From Rozella allomycis CSF55 (taxonomy: Eukaryota), in contig KE560959.1 of NCBI GenBank assembly GCA_000442015.1, positions 186,001-250,000 on the forward strand: a stretch of DNA of 64,000 nt, written 5' to 3'. The notes beneath the pieces were generated by a model. It saw nothing but the letters and a program-made list of their open reading frames with translations. It was not told where the DNA came from and did no database searches. Position numbers and translations under genes: made by a program. Positions within the stretch are counted from its first letter, which is position 1; the number at the start of each line of letters is the position of its first letter. Positions 62,008 through 64,000 of this stretch are shown here, piece after piece.

Positions 62008-62463
62008 ACAATGAAATGCTTCATGACAATAACAGATTTCTTTCGACTTTGAAAGAAGAGCTACTTAAAGAAAGAGTACAAATTATACGCCCCATATTTT
62101 ATAGGTTGCCTGTTCAAACGCATGTGAAACGCTTCTGAAAAATGAGCAAATTATATCCACACAGTTGGAAAAATATAATTCTTTAAATGATGTCAATATT
62201 GATGACCTATTTGATACGGATTGCAAATACAAGCAGTAACCATCTCTTCTATTTTTGAAAGACTTCAAGATCTCTCCGCGGAAGAGCACACGATAGAGGA
62301 CTGTATATATTATTTCAGCAAAGCGTTAAATAATGAAACTATTGAGCTTAATGTATTTCTTCGAGTAACATGCTTTGTTCTTATTTAAGAGAATATTCGA
62401 ATTTTGGCCAAAAACCTCTTTTTAAAGAAAGAATTTATTAAAAAATTACAAAATTCGTTGTAA
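62008..62463 (+). CDS. VPS23: TSG101/Vps23, 3' half (coiled coil and steadiness box)
   Basis: AEEHTIEDCIYYFSKALNNETIELNVFLRNIRILAKNLF matches the Vps23 core; continues in frame from 60508. Confidence 0.85.
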
Positions 62464-62744
62464 ATGTATTTGGGCGTTTGCGATTTGGCATCTGAGATTT
62501 CTTACTCTAATAACTGAAACCACTTTTTAATTCTTCTGAGAAAAAGGCCATCAGCCTTAGTATTGTTTTAGCCTTTTTCTCCTCAAATCCCATGAAAATT
62601 GTGACATGAAAATCTTATCTGTTCCGGGACATGGTAAAAGTTGAATATCGAAAATGATTTCCATAATTTAACGCTCAGCCGAGTACGCATAAAGTTGGTA
62701 AAATGGACCAATGGCACGATATAGTTCTAACTTTTTAAGTTTTT

Positions 62745-63177
62745 TCACTTTATTTTCTGTTTTTCGTCCTTGTCTATCAAAAATATACCCATTAAAATGA
62801 CACCTATCCCGATCAACCATAAAGTGTCAATGTTCTCATGTAAAAATGTTTTGCTGATAATTGCCTAATGAATGAATAATCCAAATATTATTACTGTAAA
62901 AATAATGTTGTTTGCTAGTGTGAAACTAGATACTTGAATTGTCGACACTGACGCAGACAATGATCTTGTGTAAAAATACCACATTAATATATTGTATAAT
63001 ATATTCAGGGTTATTTCTGAGATTTTTATGGTGGGAGACCGCTTCATTTAGTCATCGAGAAACTCCTACTGTGATACTATGTGATTCTTGAACGAACGTA
63101 GAGAGAAAAAGTTTTGCAGTCAAAGAGGTGAAGGCAGCGAAAAACCCAGCAGCGGCAGAAAGCAACATCCACTTCAT
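62745..63177 (-). CDS. TMEM42-like small DMT-family membrane protein
   Basis: SAAAGFFAAFTSLTAKL, NILMWYFYTRSL, ANNIIFTAII, LHE, WLIGIGVILMGIFLI. Confidence 0.7.
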
Positions 63178-63236
63178 GAGGATTTAAAATTGAAAAATCA
63201 CAATTTACTATTTATTAAATATTAGCAAAAAATACG

Positions 63237-64000
63237 TTAGGCAGAATGATGAGGGTTTTCAAATTTCTTTGCTGTTTTACTTTGTTTATTCAAATGTTCT
63301 TTTCCGAGCTTATTCCAGGGATAGGCAGTGTTTTCATGTAAGACATGTTTTTTTAACTGAACTGGGACAGAGTATGCCCTTTGTCTCGGCTTTATGGGTA
63401 GAGAAATATATTGTTTTCCTTCTAAAAGCTGTCTACGATATTGGAGTAAATTTTGGTAATCCGTAGCACGCTGCGTTTGTTTTTCAATGACTTGGGCCTT
63501 CAATTGAAAGGCGTAATTTCGAGAGTCATTGATGTCTTTTGGTGGCTAAATTAACATCCGGTATAGAAAGTACTTCAGGATGTAAAATATCTGTGGCGGT
63601 ATGTTTGCCATTCATTTTCGCAACACCCAAATCCCATAATTCAGGAATAGACTGAAACATTTGTTTCTATAAACTTACTTTGGGTTCATTGATCACATCT
63701 TCAAAGTCAGGTGCAACCTACATAAGTTACAGTTATTGCCGTTACTCTGCGATTAGTATTGTTAGTAGGAGCGCCAGCACCTTTGATAAATAAAATCAAT
63801 GTATACCTGGTTTGCCAAAAGGATAATAGTTCAAATTTTTCCTGTCAAGCTCTTCCTCTTGTGTTCTTAATTTATCCACTATTGATTGCTTTTGCAGTCT
63901 TATCATATCCAAATCCAGTTTATATTTCCTGTTTCCCTCTTGGTCCTTTGTAGCTTCTAATTTAACAATAATATTATAACATTATACCAATAGGCAACGG
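63237..64000 (-). CDS. 3' part of a coiled-coil protein with a CSPP1-like motif
   Basis: YYPFGKPGAGAP spliced across a short intron, plus YPWNKLG; the 5' end lies outside the window. Confidence 0.45.

Noticed and set aside
1-64000. Stop-codon reassignment or mass pseudogenisation as the cause of fragmented ORFs
   Set aside because: The breaks I examined coincide with short GT-starting segments whose removal restores conserved frames; TAA, TAG and TGA all serve as true stops.
1-64000. CRISPR arrays, rRNA, LTR/LINE elements, telomeric repeats
   Set aside because: No repeat-spacer pattern, rRNA motifs, RT/integrase motifs or telomeric arrays were seen.

Overview
This is AT-rich, extremely gene-dense eukaryotic DNA with about 46 protein-coding loci and one tRNA-Ser(UGA). 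Genes are cut by more than 100 ultra-short spliceosomal introns (mostly 24-33 nt, mode about 26-28), which explains the fragmented ORF track. Fungal-type genes (Rsp5, Ufd1, Srp1-like) sit beside flagellar genes (IFT88, Kintoun/DNAAF2, FAM92, FSIP1-like), pointing by inference to a zoosporic early-diverging fungus or relative such as Rozella. Main finding: at least eight introns of normal length and GT donor appear to end in TG (7) or CG (1) rather than AG. In three of them I found no nearby AG that restores the conserved reading frame, suggesting length-measured splicing with a relaxed NG acceptor. Other leads: an E2F/CDE-CHR element at TPX2; forkhead motifs at flagellar gene starts; CRE and AP-1 sites upstream of a bZIP gene; a STRAD-like pseudokinase; an SYCP3-like gene; TPX2 functions possibly split over two genes; an FG-less Nup42/CG1; and stop codons fused to AATAAA. 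Single-N junctions (2931, 56993, 60509/62007) mark probable assembly artefacts, including a 1.5-kb block inside TSG101. All calls come from manual translation and remembered motifs; no database search was run.
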